Source of the DNA: a phage
Length of the DNA: 64,000 nucleotides
Assembly: GCA_011939005.1 (NCBI GenBank)
Contig: GCA_011939005.1_4858.1
Strand: one strand, 5' to 3'
Positions 29,457-39,912 of the stretch are shown here, in pieces. Positions within the stretch are counted from its first letter, which is position 1; every line of letters starts with the position of its first letter. A program made the translations under genes and the position numbers. A model generated the notes under the pieces. It ran no database searches. It was given only the letters and a program-made list of their open reading frames with translations, and was not told the DNA's origin.

Positions 29457-32400
29457 ATGGCAAAAAGAGGCAAAGACGGTTTCGATGATATCGATTTAGA
29501 TAGACTCGACGACTGGGATGATTTCGGTGAACCACCCCGTCCCAAAGACGAGAAAAAACGAAGCCCGATACTCAGTACCCTGAATGTTGCCAGGAAGTCG
29601 GCGTTGTCAACTATCTGGCCAGAAGGGAAACGCGACCAAGTTATCCTCAAGGGGATGCCTAAGCCGGCAGCTGATGCATACGAGGGTTATCAGTCAGCGG
29701 CAGCTGCAGCAAAGGACATTTACGCCCATACGAAAGGGGAGCTTGAGAAGACCGAGCGCACGCTGAAGATGCAAGCGCGCCAACTCGGTCCGACGATGAA
29801 GAAATACTTGCCGGATGCAGTTACTAAGCGCTTCGACAAGTGGTCAAAATCTGACCAGTTAGATTACCAGAACTACGATCCGAATCAGGCATTGATGGAT
29901 CGTGAACTGGGCGACGTATTCTCAGGTGTGCCAAAGGACGCCGACGAACAACGTCAGCTGCAGGACCGCATGGTAGAGGATAAGCTCCGCGACAGCATCA
30001 AAGAGATGCGCGCGGATGCAATGCACCAAACCATGATTGGAATGGCGAAGGACATTAACCTGTTAACCGGGTTAAGCCGTGGGGTATTCTTAAACATCGA
30101 GCGTAAGAAACTCGAATTGCAATACCGTACCCTGTTCGCCATTCAAGACATCGTGAAGATGAAGCAGTCGGAGTTCGATCGTAACACGCCTGCTTTAGAA
30201 GCCATCGTGAAGAACACGGCGCTGCCAGACTACGCGAAGGAAGATTTCTCAGAAGTCCGTTGGGCAAACGTTAAACGCCAGGCTGCGGAATGGATGAACC
30301 CATTGCGTTATGCTGACGGGTTTATGGACATGATTCGCGAAAATACCAAGAAGAAAATTTCTGGTATATTTGGCGAAGGTCGTGGTTTGTTAGAGTCTGT
30401 TCTCGGCATGGGTGTTGAAGACGATTTCGGCATGAGCGATAGCTCTTCGTTGACTGCCGAACGTCGCAAAACAAATGCTCGAGATAAAGCAACTGCATGG
30501 GGTAGCGGATTCCTTGCGAAGAAACTACTCGGCCCACAAATCGAGAAACTCCAGAAATGGACTCGTGAGGAGATGGAGAAAAATCCAGAGGTCATGAAAC
30601 GCCTGCAGAAGGGCGCGTTCACCTTTGGTAATCTTTCCTCTATCTCGAACTCAGCTATCGCAGGCGAAACGCAAGGACCGTTGGCGGATTTGTTCCGGGT
30701 ATTGAATGAACTCGGTATTGTCCAACCGTTAAACCGTGAGAAAGCCTTCCTTGACGAACGTAATGGCGAAACGTTAAGCCGTTCGGCGAAATTTGACCGT
30801 AAAGCATATCTTAGCCTGGTTGAAGTTATTCCTGCCTGGCTGGCAGAGATTAACAAATCTGTTCGTCGGGGTTATGGCGAACATGCCGACCTGGAATACG
30901 ACATCACTAGTCGTGGGTTCGTAGACCGTAAAGTGGTCGGTAACCGCGTACGCAAGGCGGTTGCAAACGATGAACAACGCCTGCGTCTCCAAAATTCCAT
31001 TAACAGCACTGTGGATTTTGTTGACCGCGGCAAAACGCTCTCGCAGAAGGATCGACAGCATCTCGCCGACTATATCGAGTCGCGAGCCTCGCAGGGCCGC
31101 GCATTCGACGTAGAAGCGATTCTGAAAGACCCGATGCATCTTCATCGGTATATGCCAGGAAACGCCGCAGAACGCATTAAGGAAGCGTTACAGGGGCATT
31201 CTGATAGCTTGGTCGGCGGTAGCAACGAATTAAGTAACGAGCTGGCCCGCAAAATCTCCACAGTGCAGTCATCTATCACCCAACGTCAGGCAATTATCGA
31301 CGAGGCGGTGAATATTTACGGTGAGCGAGCATTGCGCGATGCGGGTATCTTTAACTACGACGCGAAGAGTGACACTTTCGGCGTGGATAAAGACCTGTCC
31401 GATCCCTATACCTTGTTTAATGACTTGGCGATGGGCAAGACACGCAGCGGGCGTGCATTGACTCGTGACCAGGAGATTCAACGTAAGCTGCAAAATGGTT
31501 CGGCGTTAGGCGACTATCTGCGCCGAATGAACCAAGGGGCAAGTGGTGGTGCCGATGACACGTCGTTGCCGCCGGCTTTACGTGGCGGTGGTAAAGGCCG
31601 CGGAATGTCGCCTCGGCAGTTAGCCGCAGTTCTCTACGGTGAAACCTCGACTAACTTTGTTGAATTGTTGAGTCAACGTAACCGTGGCGAAGAAGCACCA
31701 CGGAATAACTTTGACGGTATCATCGAAGCGATTCGGGGTAATAACAACAGTGACACCCTCCAGAAAATTCTGGAACACGTCAGAAGTATGGACGAAGAAG
31801 GGGTTCTCCTGGCTTCGTTAGCAGGGGGTGCTGGTTCTGGTGACGAAGAGATGGGACCACCTCGTCCTGGTGGTGGTAGCGGTGGCGGTAAACGCCGCCG
31901 TATTATCATCGGTGAGGATGGGCTTATTCGTCGTTGGGGCGGTGTGTTGTTCGACACTGCAGCAGGAATCGGTGGCTTTGCAAAACGTGGTGTTAAAGGT
32001 GCCTGGAATAAACTGAATCAGTTCGGTGGCTGGGCGCGCGGTAAAATCGCGGGGATGGGCGGCGGAGAAGGTCCTGGTTTCTTAACCCGGATGCGTGGCC
32101 TTATCAGCGGTAGTGTCCGTGGGGGCTTTGAAGCGGTAAGCTCTTTCGGTAAAGGATTGCTGGGTATCCGCGACGTTTACGATGACCACGGTAATGTTGT
32201 ACTGCAAGGTGCACGTCTGGAAGCTGGAGAATACTATCAGGTCATTGATGGTAAAATGGTTCAGCTGAAAACGCTGGACGACATCAAACTGGGGAGTGAT
32301 ATTGTTGACTCCGCAGGTAATCTGGTATTAGCAGCCGCTGACTTAGCCGCTGCGGGTAAACTCCGCTACTATAAAGGCGGGAAAATCCAAGCACTGACCC

Positions 32401-35400
32401 AAGGTCTGGCCAGTAAGATTGGCTTAGGCTTTAATAAGGTGGCTAAGCTACCGAAACGGTTCCTGGATTTCCTGTCACCGAAAGCGGGCAGCATCGTTGG
32501 TAAGATTAAGGACTGGCTGAACGAGATTCCGGAAGGCGAAGAAAAGACACGTCTCCAGAAAGCGTTCAACCGCGTAACGAGCTTACCGGGTAAAGTGCTC
32601 GGTTTTGCGAAACGTGGTGTCGACCGTCTGAAAGACATGATTACCGACAACCCACTGACGCGTTGGTGGAAAGGCCGTAAAGATGGTGGGGGTGGTGGTT
32701 TCAGTCTCTTCTCATCAACCGGCAAGAAAACCAACCACATCCTTATCCGTATCTATAAACTGTTGAACCAACGTTTACCGGGCGATCCGGAAGACGAAAG
32801 TTGGACAGAAGAAATGGAGAAGGGTGTCGGTGGCGGTGGTAGTACGATCGGCCGTGCAGTTCGCGGGGCGTATAATCGTGCGAAATCGTCGTTGTCTGAA
32901 CGTTTTGGTGGACGTTGGTCAAGAACAAAAGCGTTCTTTGGTCGTGGACGTGACCGCCTGCGTGGTTGGTTCAGTGGTTTCCGAGGCCGGGCTGGGGATA
33001 TGCTCGATGGATATCGTGGAGCACGACACGACATTGCTACACGTTACGAAGTTGAACGTCGGTTGGCTGGACGCGATGACGATGTTGCTGAGTTTTATCG
33101 CAGCCATTTGAACGCGAAAGGTGGTCTTTCTGGCCGTAAAGTCTACGGTGACGCGAAGGACGACCTTGAGACCGCGCGCGATGCAGCAGGTCGGGTTATC
33201 AACAAAGGGAAGAATGCTGCCAAGTCTGCAGGTGCAAGGTTATTCGAACGCTTGGACCGAATGATCGGCTTGCAAGAGATGTCATGGTTTAACACCATGC
33301 GCGAATCAGTATCCCGTGCAGGTGGTGACGATGGCATTATTCGTACCATGTTTGCGAAGTTCGGTAAACGTAACAAGCCACCTGAAAGTGATGAAAAACG
33401 CGACTACCTTAACTTCTTCAAACGTTGGCGTGAGAAACGTAAGGAGAAGAAAGAGAAAGCGCAGGGCTCCAAAGGGAAATCTGGCGGTCTGTGGGATATG
33501 GTGAAAGGCTTACCTATCATCGGTCCCATCGTCAGTATCTTGGGAACTGTGGGTAATATACTCGGTTCTATCACGAAATGGGGTGTGTTAAAACCAGTAG
33601 GTCTTTTAGGTAAGGCTGCGTGGAATGTCGGTAAGTTCGCAGTAACCCGTTTGGCGGCACCCGCGGTGTCCGCTGTGGCAACTGCGGCATCTGCCGTCGT
33701 GACAGCAGTGGGCTGGCCGGCAATTCTTATCGGTGGTGCGATCGCCGCGGCTGGTTACGCCGCGTACAGGATTGCAACGACTACCTATACCCAGTACCTG
33801 GATAAGATGCGTTTAGCTCAGTACGGTTTCCGTGATTACGATAAGTGGTCGTCGGACGACGGGGCGAAAGCGCGTTACTTAGAAGACGCATTGCGTGAGT
33901 ATGTGTCTTACGCGGAAGATGGCCAAGCCAGTCTCCGTGGGCTAAGTGGAAAAGACGTTCAGAAGTTAGCTGAAGGGTTCGGTATTAACGTTGAGGAAAA
34001 AGGCGAGATGTTGGCCTTCCAAGCGTTTATGCTTCAGCGCTTTATTCCGATTTATCTCCGCTGGATTACGGCACTGAAGTCAATGCCGAACAGTATCCAG
34101 TTGGCTGACGTCGGCGATGCGAAGAAAGTATCGAAAGAGGACATGCTGACTCTCTTCAACAAAATGAAGATGACTAAGGATGCAAAAGCGTTCTCTTCGT
34201 TAACAGACCCACGCAAAGTCAACCAAGGTTTCTTCTCGAAAGCTTGGGACGTTGTAACCTTTACACCGAAGGAGTTCTTGAGCGGTGAAGAGGTTATGGA
34301 AGTGCAGAATGAAGTCGAGCGTGCAATCAAGTCCAGAATGGACGATAAGAAAGCACGTAAGTACGGAATGGCACCGGCCGTGGAGGGGATTAAGTCCGCG
34401 GGCGTTGATGAAGCTATCAACAAACTTGGACAGTTGGATAACGAACGTAATAAAAATCTGGCGAAGGTAGAAGGTTGGGAAGACGGAACAGAGCAGGTTC
34501 AGATTCAGGTAGACTGGAATGCGGTGCTCGACCAGAAAGACATGAATGCGATGGAATCGGTGCGTTGGAAGACTTACGGCTTTACCACCATCGATAACGC
34601 CACCCGCACTTTGATCACGGTATTCGAGAAGAACGTCATCAAAGACATTGACGTGAAAACCGCAAGCTACAAAGGAGATTGGAAGAAAGCCATCGCCACG
34701 ATGGTTCCAGACGCTATCGGTACACCGAAAGAAGATCGTTTGAAACGGTGGTTCTTTGACCGTTTCTTACCGGTATTCATGACGTATTTGGTTGGGGTGA
34801 AGCGTTACCTGCCAACAGCCGATCCGCTGAACTTGAAACTGACCGGCGGCTACCTGTACGAAATCAGTCTGATGATGTCAACTGCCTACAGCCTGAAAGG
34901 TGGTATAAGACAGTCGGTGTGGGAAGTGAATATCAACCCATTAGGGGGTGAGGCTAACACGAACCCATCATCCATCAAAGCCGAACTGGAAACGCTGAAG
35001 CTGCTGTCAAAAGAAGCTGACCTTGCCGTGCGTAACATGATTAAAGCCATTAGAAATAATGGCAAGCGTGCGCGCTGGAAGGATCGTAACAAGAACCGCA
35101 GTTCTCTGGAAGTTACCGGTGAGGATGAAGAAGACTCGAACATCAGTTCGGGAGATTCTTTGTCATCTGACGGTGCTCGCGCCTCAGGCTACATTCCATC
35201 GGGTACGAGTGGTGGTGTGCCGGGTAACTTGGGTCAAGTCGTCGATGCGGTTGGTGGTGTGCGGAACTACGCTGCAATGACCACTGGTTCGTCTTCGATT
35301 AACCTGAGTGATGTGAAAGACGGTGATTATAAGTCACTGGCTGAAAAATACCCGATAGAAATGTTGGGTAGAAAGGGTGCGTTGAACGTTCCGAATATCA

Positions 35401-36578
35401 AAGCATTGATTACCGATGCGGCGAACATGATGGGCGTGCCACCTGCAGTGGCGTTAGCAATGGCTAAGGCGGAGTCCGGATTTAACTACACCGCTAAAAA
35501 CCCGTATGCTTCGGCGTCTGGGCTGTTCCAGTTCATTGACGGCACGTGGAACGGGATGATGAAGGGGTATTCGCGGAAGTTTGGTATTCCGCGTGTTAAC
35601 CAAATGGACCCGTGGGCGAATGCTATATTGGGTGTACAGTTCATTCGTGACAACATCCAACAAGCACAGCGTGACCTGGGTGGTAAAGCACCACCTCCAG
35701 CCGTGGCTTATCTGTACCACTTCTTGGGTGCAGGCGGCGGTAAGAAGTTCTTGGAAGCATGGAAGCGTAATCCGAATATGGCGGCATCGAGTGCTCCTGG
35801 GATTACATCTGCAATACTGAGAGGGAATGCCAACGTCTTCTACAGCAACGGTCGTATACGTAGCGTAGACGGGGTTATTCAGGAACTGAACCGCCGTATG
35901 GGCGCAATTTCCGCCAACGAAGTCGCTGCCGATCCGAGTAAGACGAAGGATATGGTTGCAGGCTTGTCGCCTAATTCACCAACCAACCCGGCAGCAGCAA
36001 TGGGTGCACCGGCCGCTAATGATCCGAGTCTGTCGCCAGCAGATAACCTGCCAGCAGATAATGCTAATCGTCGTGATGACGCATTGACGCAGAAAGGGGC
36101 CATGGCGGCACAAGATGCAATGGCTACCGCCGCAGGTAATGTAGGACCAGCAGCACCTACACCAACCACAGGCGGTACCGGAACATCCGATGCCTCAACA
36201 ACGGCCGAAACCGTAGCGTCGCAAGCTGCAGCAGAAGGATTGTCTGCGACGGATGTTGCTAAAGTGAAAGCAGGCGCGGAAGCGCAGGTTAACGCAGCAG
36301 CTCGTCCAGTTGCCGCTCCAACTTCTGATGCTACAGCATCGACGCCAACGCTGAATGGTGACCCGATGGATGTTCAGCAGCTCAAGGTACTGATTCAGTC
36401 TCGCGATTACTTGAAAGAGATTCGTGATATTTTGAAATCAAATCCGAGAGCAGCAAACGACACGCGTGGTGGTAGTATCCAGCAAGCGGCAAATGTGGCT
36501 CCTCCGGGCTCAGCTGCACGTAGGCAGGAAATAACCCAACCGACACCGTCGTTAAACGTAAGTCGGAAAGCAAGCTAA
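29457..36578 (+). CDS. Giant virion protein (2373 aa) with C-terminal lytic transglycosylase (SLT) domain; tape-measure/ejection-protein candidate
   Basis: Uninterrupted 7.1-kb ORF; SLT motifs AMAKAESGFN (catalytic ES), SASGLFQF, AYLYHFLGAGG at about nt 35430-35770; Gly-rich repeats; long hydrophobic segment (PIIGPIVSILGTVGNILGSI ... AILIGGAIAAAGYAAY). Confidence 0.85.
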   Translation: MAKRGKDGFDDIDLDRLDDWDDFGEPPRPKDEKKRSPILSTLNVARKSALSTIWPEGKRDQVILKGMPKPAADAYEGYQSAAAAAKDIYAHTKGELEKTERTLKMQARQLGPTMKKYLPDAVTKRFDKWSKSDQLDYQNYDPNQALMDRELGDVFSGVPKDADEQRQLQDRMVEDKLRDSIKEMRADAMHQTMIGMAKDINLLTGLSRGVFLNIERKKLELQYRTLFAIQDIVKMKQSEFDRNTPALEAIVKNTALPDYAKEDFSEVRWANVKRQAAEWMNPLRYADGFMDMIRENTKKKISGIFGEGRGLLESVLGMGVEDDFGMSDSSSLTAERRKTNARDKATAWGSGFLAKKLLGPQIEKLQKWTREEMEKNPEVMKRLQKGAFTFGNLSSISNSAIAGETQGPLADLFRVLNELGIVQPLNREKAFLDERNGETLSRSAKFDRKAYLSLVEVIPAWLAEINKSVRRGYGEHADLEYDITSRGFVDRKVVGNRVRKAVANDEQRLRLQNSINSTVDFVDRGKTLSQKDRQHLADYIESRASQGRAFDVEAILKDPMHLHRYMPGNAAERIKEALQGHSDSLVGGSNELSNELARKISTVQSSITQRQAIIDEAVNIYGERALRDAGIFNYDAKSDTFGVDKDLSDPYTLFNDLAMGKTRSGRALTRDQEIQRKLQNGSALGDYLRRMNQGASGGADDTSLPPALRGGGKGRGMSPRQLAAVLYGETSTNFVELLSQRNRGEEAPRNNFDGIIEAIRGNNNSDTLQKILEHVRSMDEEGVLLASLAGGAGSGDEEMGPPRPGGGSGGGKRRRIIIGEDGLIRRWGGVLFDTAAGIGGFAKRGVKGAWNKLNQFGGWARGKIAGMGGGEGPGFLTRMRGLISGSVRGGFEAVSSFGKGLLGIRDVYDDHGNVVLQGARLEAGEYYQVIDGKMVQLKTLDDIKLGSDIVDSAGNLVLAAADLAAAGKLRYYKGGKIQALTQGLASKIGLGFNKVAKLPKRFLDFLSPKAGSIVGKIKDWLNEIPEGEEKTRLQKAFNRVTSLPGKVLGFAKRGVDRLKDMITDNPLTRWWKGRKDGGGGGFSLFSSTGKKTNHILIRIYKLLNQRLPGDPEDESWTEEMEKGVGGGGSTIGRAVRGAYNRAKSSLSERFGGRWSRTKAFFGRGRDRLRGWFSGFRGRAGDMLDGYRGARHDIATRYEVERRLAGRDDDVAEFYRSHLNAKGGLSGRKVYGDAKDDLETARDAAGRVINKGKNAAKSAGARLFERLDRMIGLQEMSWFNTMRESVSRAGGDDGIIRTMFAKFGKRNKPPESDEKRDYLNFFKRWREKRKEKKEKAQGSKGKSGGLWDMVKGLPIIGPIVSILGTVGNILGSITKWGVLKPVGLLGKAAWNVGKFAVTRLAAPAVSAVATAASAVVTAVGWPAILIGGAIAAAGYAAYRIATTTYTQYLDKMRLAQYGFRDYDKWSSDDGAKARYLEDALREYVSYAEDGQASLRGLSGKDVQKLAEGFGINVEEKGEMLAFQAFMLQRFIPIYLRWITALKSMPNSIQLADVGDAKKVSKEDMLTLFNKMKMTKDAKAFSSLTDPRKVNQGFFSKAWDVVTFTPKEFLSGEEVMEVQNEVERAIKSRMDDKKARKYGMAPAVEGIKSAGVDEAINKLGQLDNERNKNLAKVEGWEDGTEQVQIQVDWNAVLDQKDMNAMESVRWKTYGFTTIDNATRTLITVFEKNVIKDIDVKTASYKGDWKKAIATMVPDAIGTPKEDRLKRWFFDRFLPVFMTYLVGVKRYLPTADPLNLKLTGGYLYEISLMMSTAYSLKGGIRQSVWEVNINPLGGEANTNPSSIKAELETLKLLSKEADLAVRNMIKAIRNNGKRARWKDRNKNRSSLEVTGEDEEDSNISSGDSLSSDGARASGYIPSGTSGGVPGNLGQVVDAVGGVRNYAAMTTGSSSINLSDVKDGDYKSLAEKYPIEMLGRKGALNVPNIKALITDAANMMGVPPAVALAMAKAESGFNYTAKNPYASASGLFQFIDGTWNGMMKGYSRKFGIPRVNQMDPWANAILGVQFIRDNIQQAQRDLGGKAPPPAVAYLYHFLGAGGGKKFLEAWKRNPNMAASSAPGITSAILRGNANVFYSNGRIRSVDGVIQELNRRMGAISANEVAADPSKTKDMVAGLSPNSPTNPAAAMGAPAANDPSLSPADNLPADNANRRDDALTQKGAMAAQDAMATAAGNVGPAAPTPTTGGTGTSDASTTAETVASQAAAEGLSATDVAKVKAGAEAQVNAAARPVAAPTSDATASTPTLNGDPMDVQQLKVLIQSRDYLKEIRDILKSNPRAANDTRGGSIQQAANVAPPGSAARRQEITQPTPSLNVSRKAS

Positions 36579-36626
36579 TCGTAGGGGGTGGCAACACCCC
36601 CTAATCATCTTACAGAGAGGTTTTAC

Positions 36627-38849
36627 GTGGAAGCAAGACAACTAAAAGATTCAGGATGGGTAACCGGCCTGTTTGGCGGTACAACCGCACAGCGCGATGA
36701 GCGCTTCCTGGGTTTGCGTCGTTACTCTAACGCGATGCTCTCGTTTGAAGATACCACGATGGGTGGTTCGCAAGCGTTAAATGCGCCGCCGCAGTTTACG
36801 ATGTTTGCTGATCCGAGTTCAACAGGTGCTTTTGCACAACCTGATGCAGGTCGTGGCTCGTACTCAAAGTACGTTAAAGGTCAAGACCAACGTGGTTCCT
36901 ATCGTTTAGGGACTTTCTATTACGAAGCTATTAACCAAAACAGTTTTTATCTTCATTGTCGTTTCGGTAAACCTCGATATATCGGGGTAGCTGCATTCTT
37001 CGCGAATATGTACGATTCCAACCTAGCGTATCTGGCACGCACAGGTGACTACCCAGGTATGTTACGTGCGATGGGGACGTATGTTGCCGCCGCAGCAATA
37101 TGGGCCGCAGTAGGTACGGTTGCCTTTGCGGTTATTCTAATTACACCACGTATGTTGAAGATGGTGCTGAACAAGCAGACTTCTCGCTACTACTACGTGA
37201 AACCGACAATGCACTTGTATCTGCGCGCTGTGCAGAATATGGTCAACACCCAGTTAGTTTATCGCCGATTGGTACCAACGGGTGTGTTAGGGACTTTCCA
37301 GCTTGCTAATGCTGTAGATGGGTCTGAGAAAGGCGGTACTGCTAATAAGTACAACGGCGACCGTAAAGAGTGGTACTCCATGCTGCCAGAAATCTGGACA
37401 GCTGATGGTGAGTTCGATATCTATCGAATGATTAACCGCTACCAAACATTAGCCAACTACCAGGCGAAAACCATCGATAAAATTCGTAAAGAGTCGAGTA
37501 ACGAAGAGGACATGGCTCGTCGTTTGCGAAACTTCTATCTGGAAGCGACGTACTCAACAACCCATTTGGAGAAAGCTGCGCAGTACGAGGTTTCTTTACG
37601 TAACCTTGAACATGTAGCCAAAGCTGGTAAAGGGTACGATGCTGGTTTTGAAAACGTCGACAACAAAGAAGACGAACTGGTAGCAGGGATGAACGGCAGC
37701 ATTCAGGATGCTCAGTCACAAGGGGGTAAGGCTGAAAACTTCGAAAACGAAGGTGATGCGCAACGTAAAGAGCTTGCCGAGCGTATGGCACAGGTTGAAA
37801 AGAACCAGGCACAGGTTGCTAAAAGTCAGACCGAAGCAAACTCAATGGATGAGAATAATCTCGACATTGGGAAGATTGAAAACTGGATGGACCAAGGCCA
37901 GAAAGAATCTGTCGGTAGCGTCTTCAAAGACTATATCGATATTTTAGAAGGCGCTATGGATGGGTTAACTTCGAACATCGCTTCGGAGATACGCAATGGT
38001 TCGCAGTGGATTACTTGGCGTGTTGATGGACGTGATACCGTAGGGCGTTCGTTCTCCAACACCACCAAAGAACCTGAAATCTCTGGCACGGTTAACTCCG
38101 CCACACAGAAAGCACGTTCTTTGGAAGTAAACCTCTCTGGTGGTAAGACTGGTTTCGACGCAGTCGATGGTCTCATTACTGGGTTGAAGTCCGCCTTTAC
38201 AGGCGCACTCGATTTCTTACATTTATCAGGGATTATGTCACTGTACAACTCGTCGGTGATTGACTTCCCGGAAGTGTGGGACTCCTCAGACACCTCAGGT
38301 GACGATATCTCGCTAAGTATTCCCCTTCGCTGTTGGTCGGGTAATGACTTAGATGTGTTTCAGGATCTGATTGTCCCGTTGTCGTTCTGGTTAGCGGCAG
38401 TTTGTCCGTTAGCAACCGGTAAACAATCGTTTACACACCCGTTCTATCTGGAGTGCTATTCTCGCGGTCGTTATTCCATGCGTAATGCCATGGTAACTAA
38501 CTTGAGTCTCCAGTTTGGTACAGGTGGGTTAGGGTGGCGTGCTGACGGTCTGCCGTTGTCGTGTGATATACAGGTAACTATTCGTGACCTGTCACGCGTT
38601 ATGTACATGCCGATTGTAACCGATATTGGTGTGTTTGATGATGATAACAAGTTCAGTGAATTTATGTCTGTGTTGGGTGCTGCCACGCTTTACGAGCGTA
38701 CCAACGGTATCGCGCAGGCTAAAATCAACGCGTCTATCTGGGCGCAGAACTGGGCAAGTGCCTGGTCACAGGGCAGCATCGTCAACGCCGCATTAGATAT
38801 CATACCGGCACGACAAATCGCGAACATTTTCCTACCACAAGCGCGATAG
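36627..38849 (+). CDS. Hypothetical protein (about 740 aa), probable structural; GTG start at 36627 preferred over 36588
   Basis: SD agagagg 6 nt before GTG 36627; the listed start at 36588 is a GTG inside a hairpin right after the upstream stop. Confidence 0.6.
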   Translation: MEARQLKDSGWVTGLFGGTTAQRDERFLGLRRYSNAMLSFEDTTMGGSQALNAPPQFTMFADPSSTGAFAQPDAGRGSYSKYVKGQDQRGSYRLGTFYYEAINQNSFYLHCRFGKPRYIGVAAFFANMYDSNLAYLARTGDYPGMLRAMGTYVAAAAIWAAVGTVAFAVILITPRMLKMVLNKQTSRYYYVKPTMHLYLRAVQNMVNTQLVYRRLVPTGVLGTFQLANAVDGSEKGGTANKYNGDRKEWYSMLPEIWTADGEFDIYRMINRYQTLANYQAKTIDKIRKESSNEEDMARRLRNFYLEATYSTTHLEKAAQYEVSLRNLEHVAKAGKGYDAGFENVDNKEDELVAGMNGSIQDAQSQGGKAENFENEGDAQRKELAERMAQVEKNQAQVAKSQTEANSMDENNLDIGKIENWMDQGQKESVGSVFKDYIDILEGAMDGLTSNIASEIRNGSQWITWRVDGRDTVGRSFSNTTKEPEISGTVNSATQKARSLEVNLSGGKTGFDAVDGLITGLKSAFTGALDFLHLSGIMSLYNSSVIDFPEVWDSSDTSGDDISLSIPLRCWSGNDLDVFQDLIVPLSFWLAAVCPLATGKQSFTHPFYLECYSRGRYSMRNAMVTNLSLQFGTGGLGWRADGLPLSCDIQVTIRDLSRVMYMPIVTDIGVFDDDNKFSEFMSVLGAATLYERTNGIAQAKINASIWAQNWASAWSQGSIVNAALDIIPARQIANIFLPQAR

Positions 38850-38871
38850 TACACCACAGAGGTAGCGCATT

Positions 38872-39411
38872 ATGAGTTTATTTGGAAAGACCGCAAAAGA
38901 GTTGGTTTACGATCTTATCGTGTCCCAGAATCCCGGACTGGCTGGTAAGGGCGTGACCATCGATAAATTGTCGTTCGGTAACCCGTCGCACATCACCGCA
39001 GCCGATCCTGACCCAGAACAGTACACCAGACTGAACACCAGTCTCGATGTTTCTGGTATCGTTGAGAAAGGTACGTTTGGTAAGATGGGTCTTACTTACC
39101 GTCGACTGGACGTAGCCCACCTGTTTGAAAACGTGGTGCTGTCTGTAGATGGTAGTAGCGCATCCACTGCTGCTGATCTTGTCCCGTTATTGCAGGCTAA
39201 GTATAACTGGATGATTGACACATCGGAGATCTATGCAAACGAGTCAATGACATCTTCCACGAAACACAATTTGCGTTTCAATGGCAAGTCTTTGGCTTGG
39301 ACTGGCACGGTTGAAGTTTATCTAACCGAAGTTCCAAGTGATGGCGTCGATATCAGTAAACTGATCACTGTTACTGAGCTGAATGGCTTGGTTTATGAAG
39401 TCTCGATATGA
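38872..39411 (+). CDS. Hypothetical protein, 179 aa
   Basis: SD gaggt; followed by bidirectional terminator. Confidence 0.6.
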   Translation: MSLFGKTAKELVYDLIVSQNPGLAGKGVTIDKLSFGNPSHITAADPDPEQYTRLNTSLDVSGIVEKGTFGKMGLTYRRLDVAHLFENVVLSVDGSSASTAADLVPLLQAKYNWMIDTSEIYANESMTSSTKHNLRFNGKSLAWTGTVEVYLTEVPSDGVDISKLITVTELNGLVYEVSI

Positions 39412-39420
39412 CGCAGGCGT

Positions 39421-39476
39421 AACAAAAAATAAGTATTACGAGTACCCCGTCGGGGTACTCGTTTGCTTTATTTTTT
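39421..39476. terminator. Bidirectional intrinsic terminator (hairpin 39439-39461)
   Basis: 10-bp stem cgagtacccc/ggggtactcg; A-run before and T-run after; lies between convergent genes ending 39411 and 39475. Confidence 0.75.
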
Positions 39477-39912
39477 AGCGTTCAATAATCACTCTTACGA
39501 TATCTTCTACCGGAGGGTAATACCACAGAACCACGCTGTTTCGTCCCAAGTCTTTTGGAAACGTTTGACAGTACGCAATGTCGGTGCCGAAGCGCTCAGA
39601 GAGCTTTAAAACGTTCTCTGGGAATTGACAGCCTCCTCGCCAATCATGCGTATAGAGTACCTGCTGTAGTAACTTCACATTAGCATCGAAGAAGTACAGA
39701 TTTTCCACTGGCGCAATATGTGGTACCGGAATTGGCGTGTCTGTAAGTACGAACTCCAAACCACCACATTGTTCTGAACGCTCCGCTAGGAGTTTCAGAT
39801 GCCATGGCATTAGACCGTGGTCTTCCCAGACGATATTGTTGACCAGTAAACGATCAACGTATTCATCGTAATCAACCGTGAACAGTTTCTTCGCCATCGG
39901 TAAACGCCTCAT
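39475..39912 (-). CDS. Hypothetical protein, 145 aa
   Basis: ORF; start region overlaps upstream gene. Confidence 0.5.
   Translation of the reverse strand: MRRLPMAKKLFTVDYDEYVDRLLVNNIVWEDHGLMPWHLKLLAERSEQCGGLEFVLTDTPIPVPHIAPVENLYFFDANVKLLQQVLYTHDWRGGCQFPENVLKLSERFGTDIAYCQTFPKDLGRNSVVLWYYPPVEDIVRVIIER

Noticed and set aside
29954-36169. Opposite-strand and out-of-frame ORFs inside the 2373-aa gene (e.g. 30308-30856, 32369-32740, 32753-33034, 34052-34423, 35879-36169)
   Set aside because: Fully embedded in a long, protein-like ORF; low-complexity translations; typical shadow ORFs.
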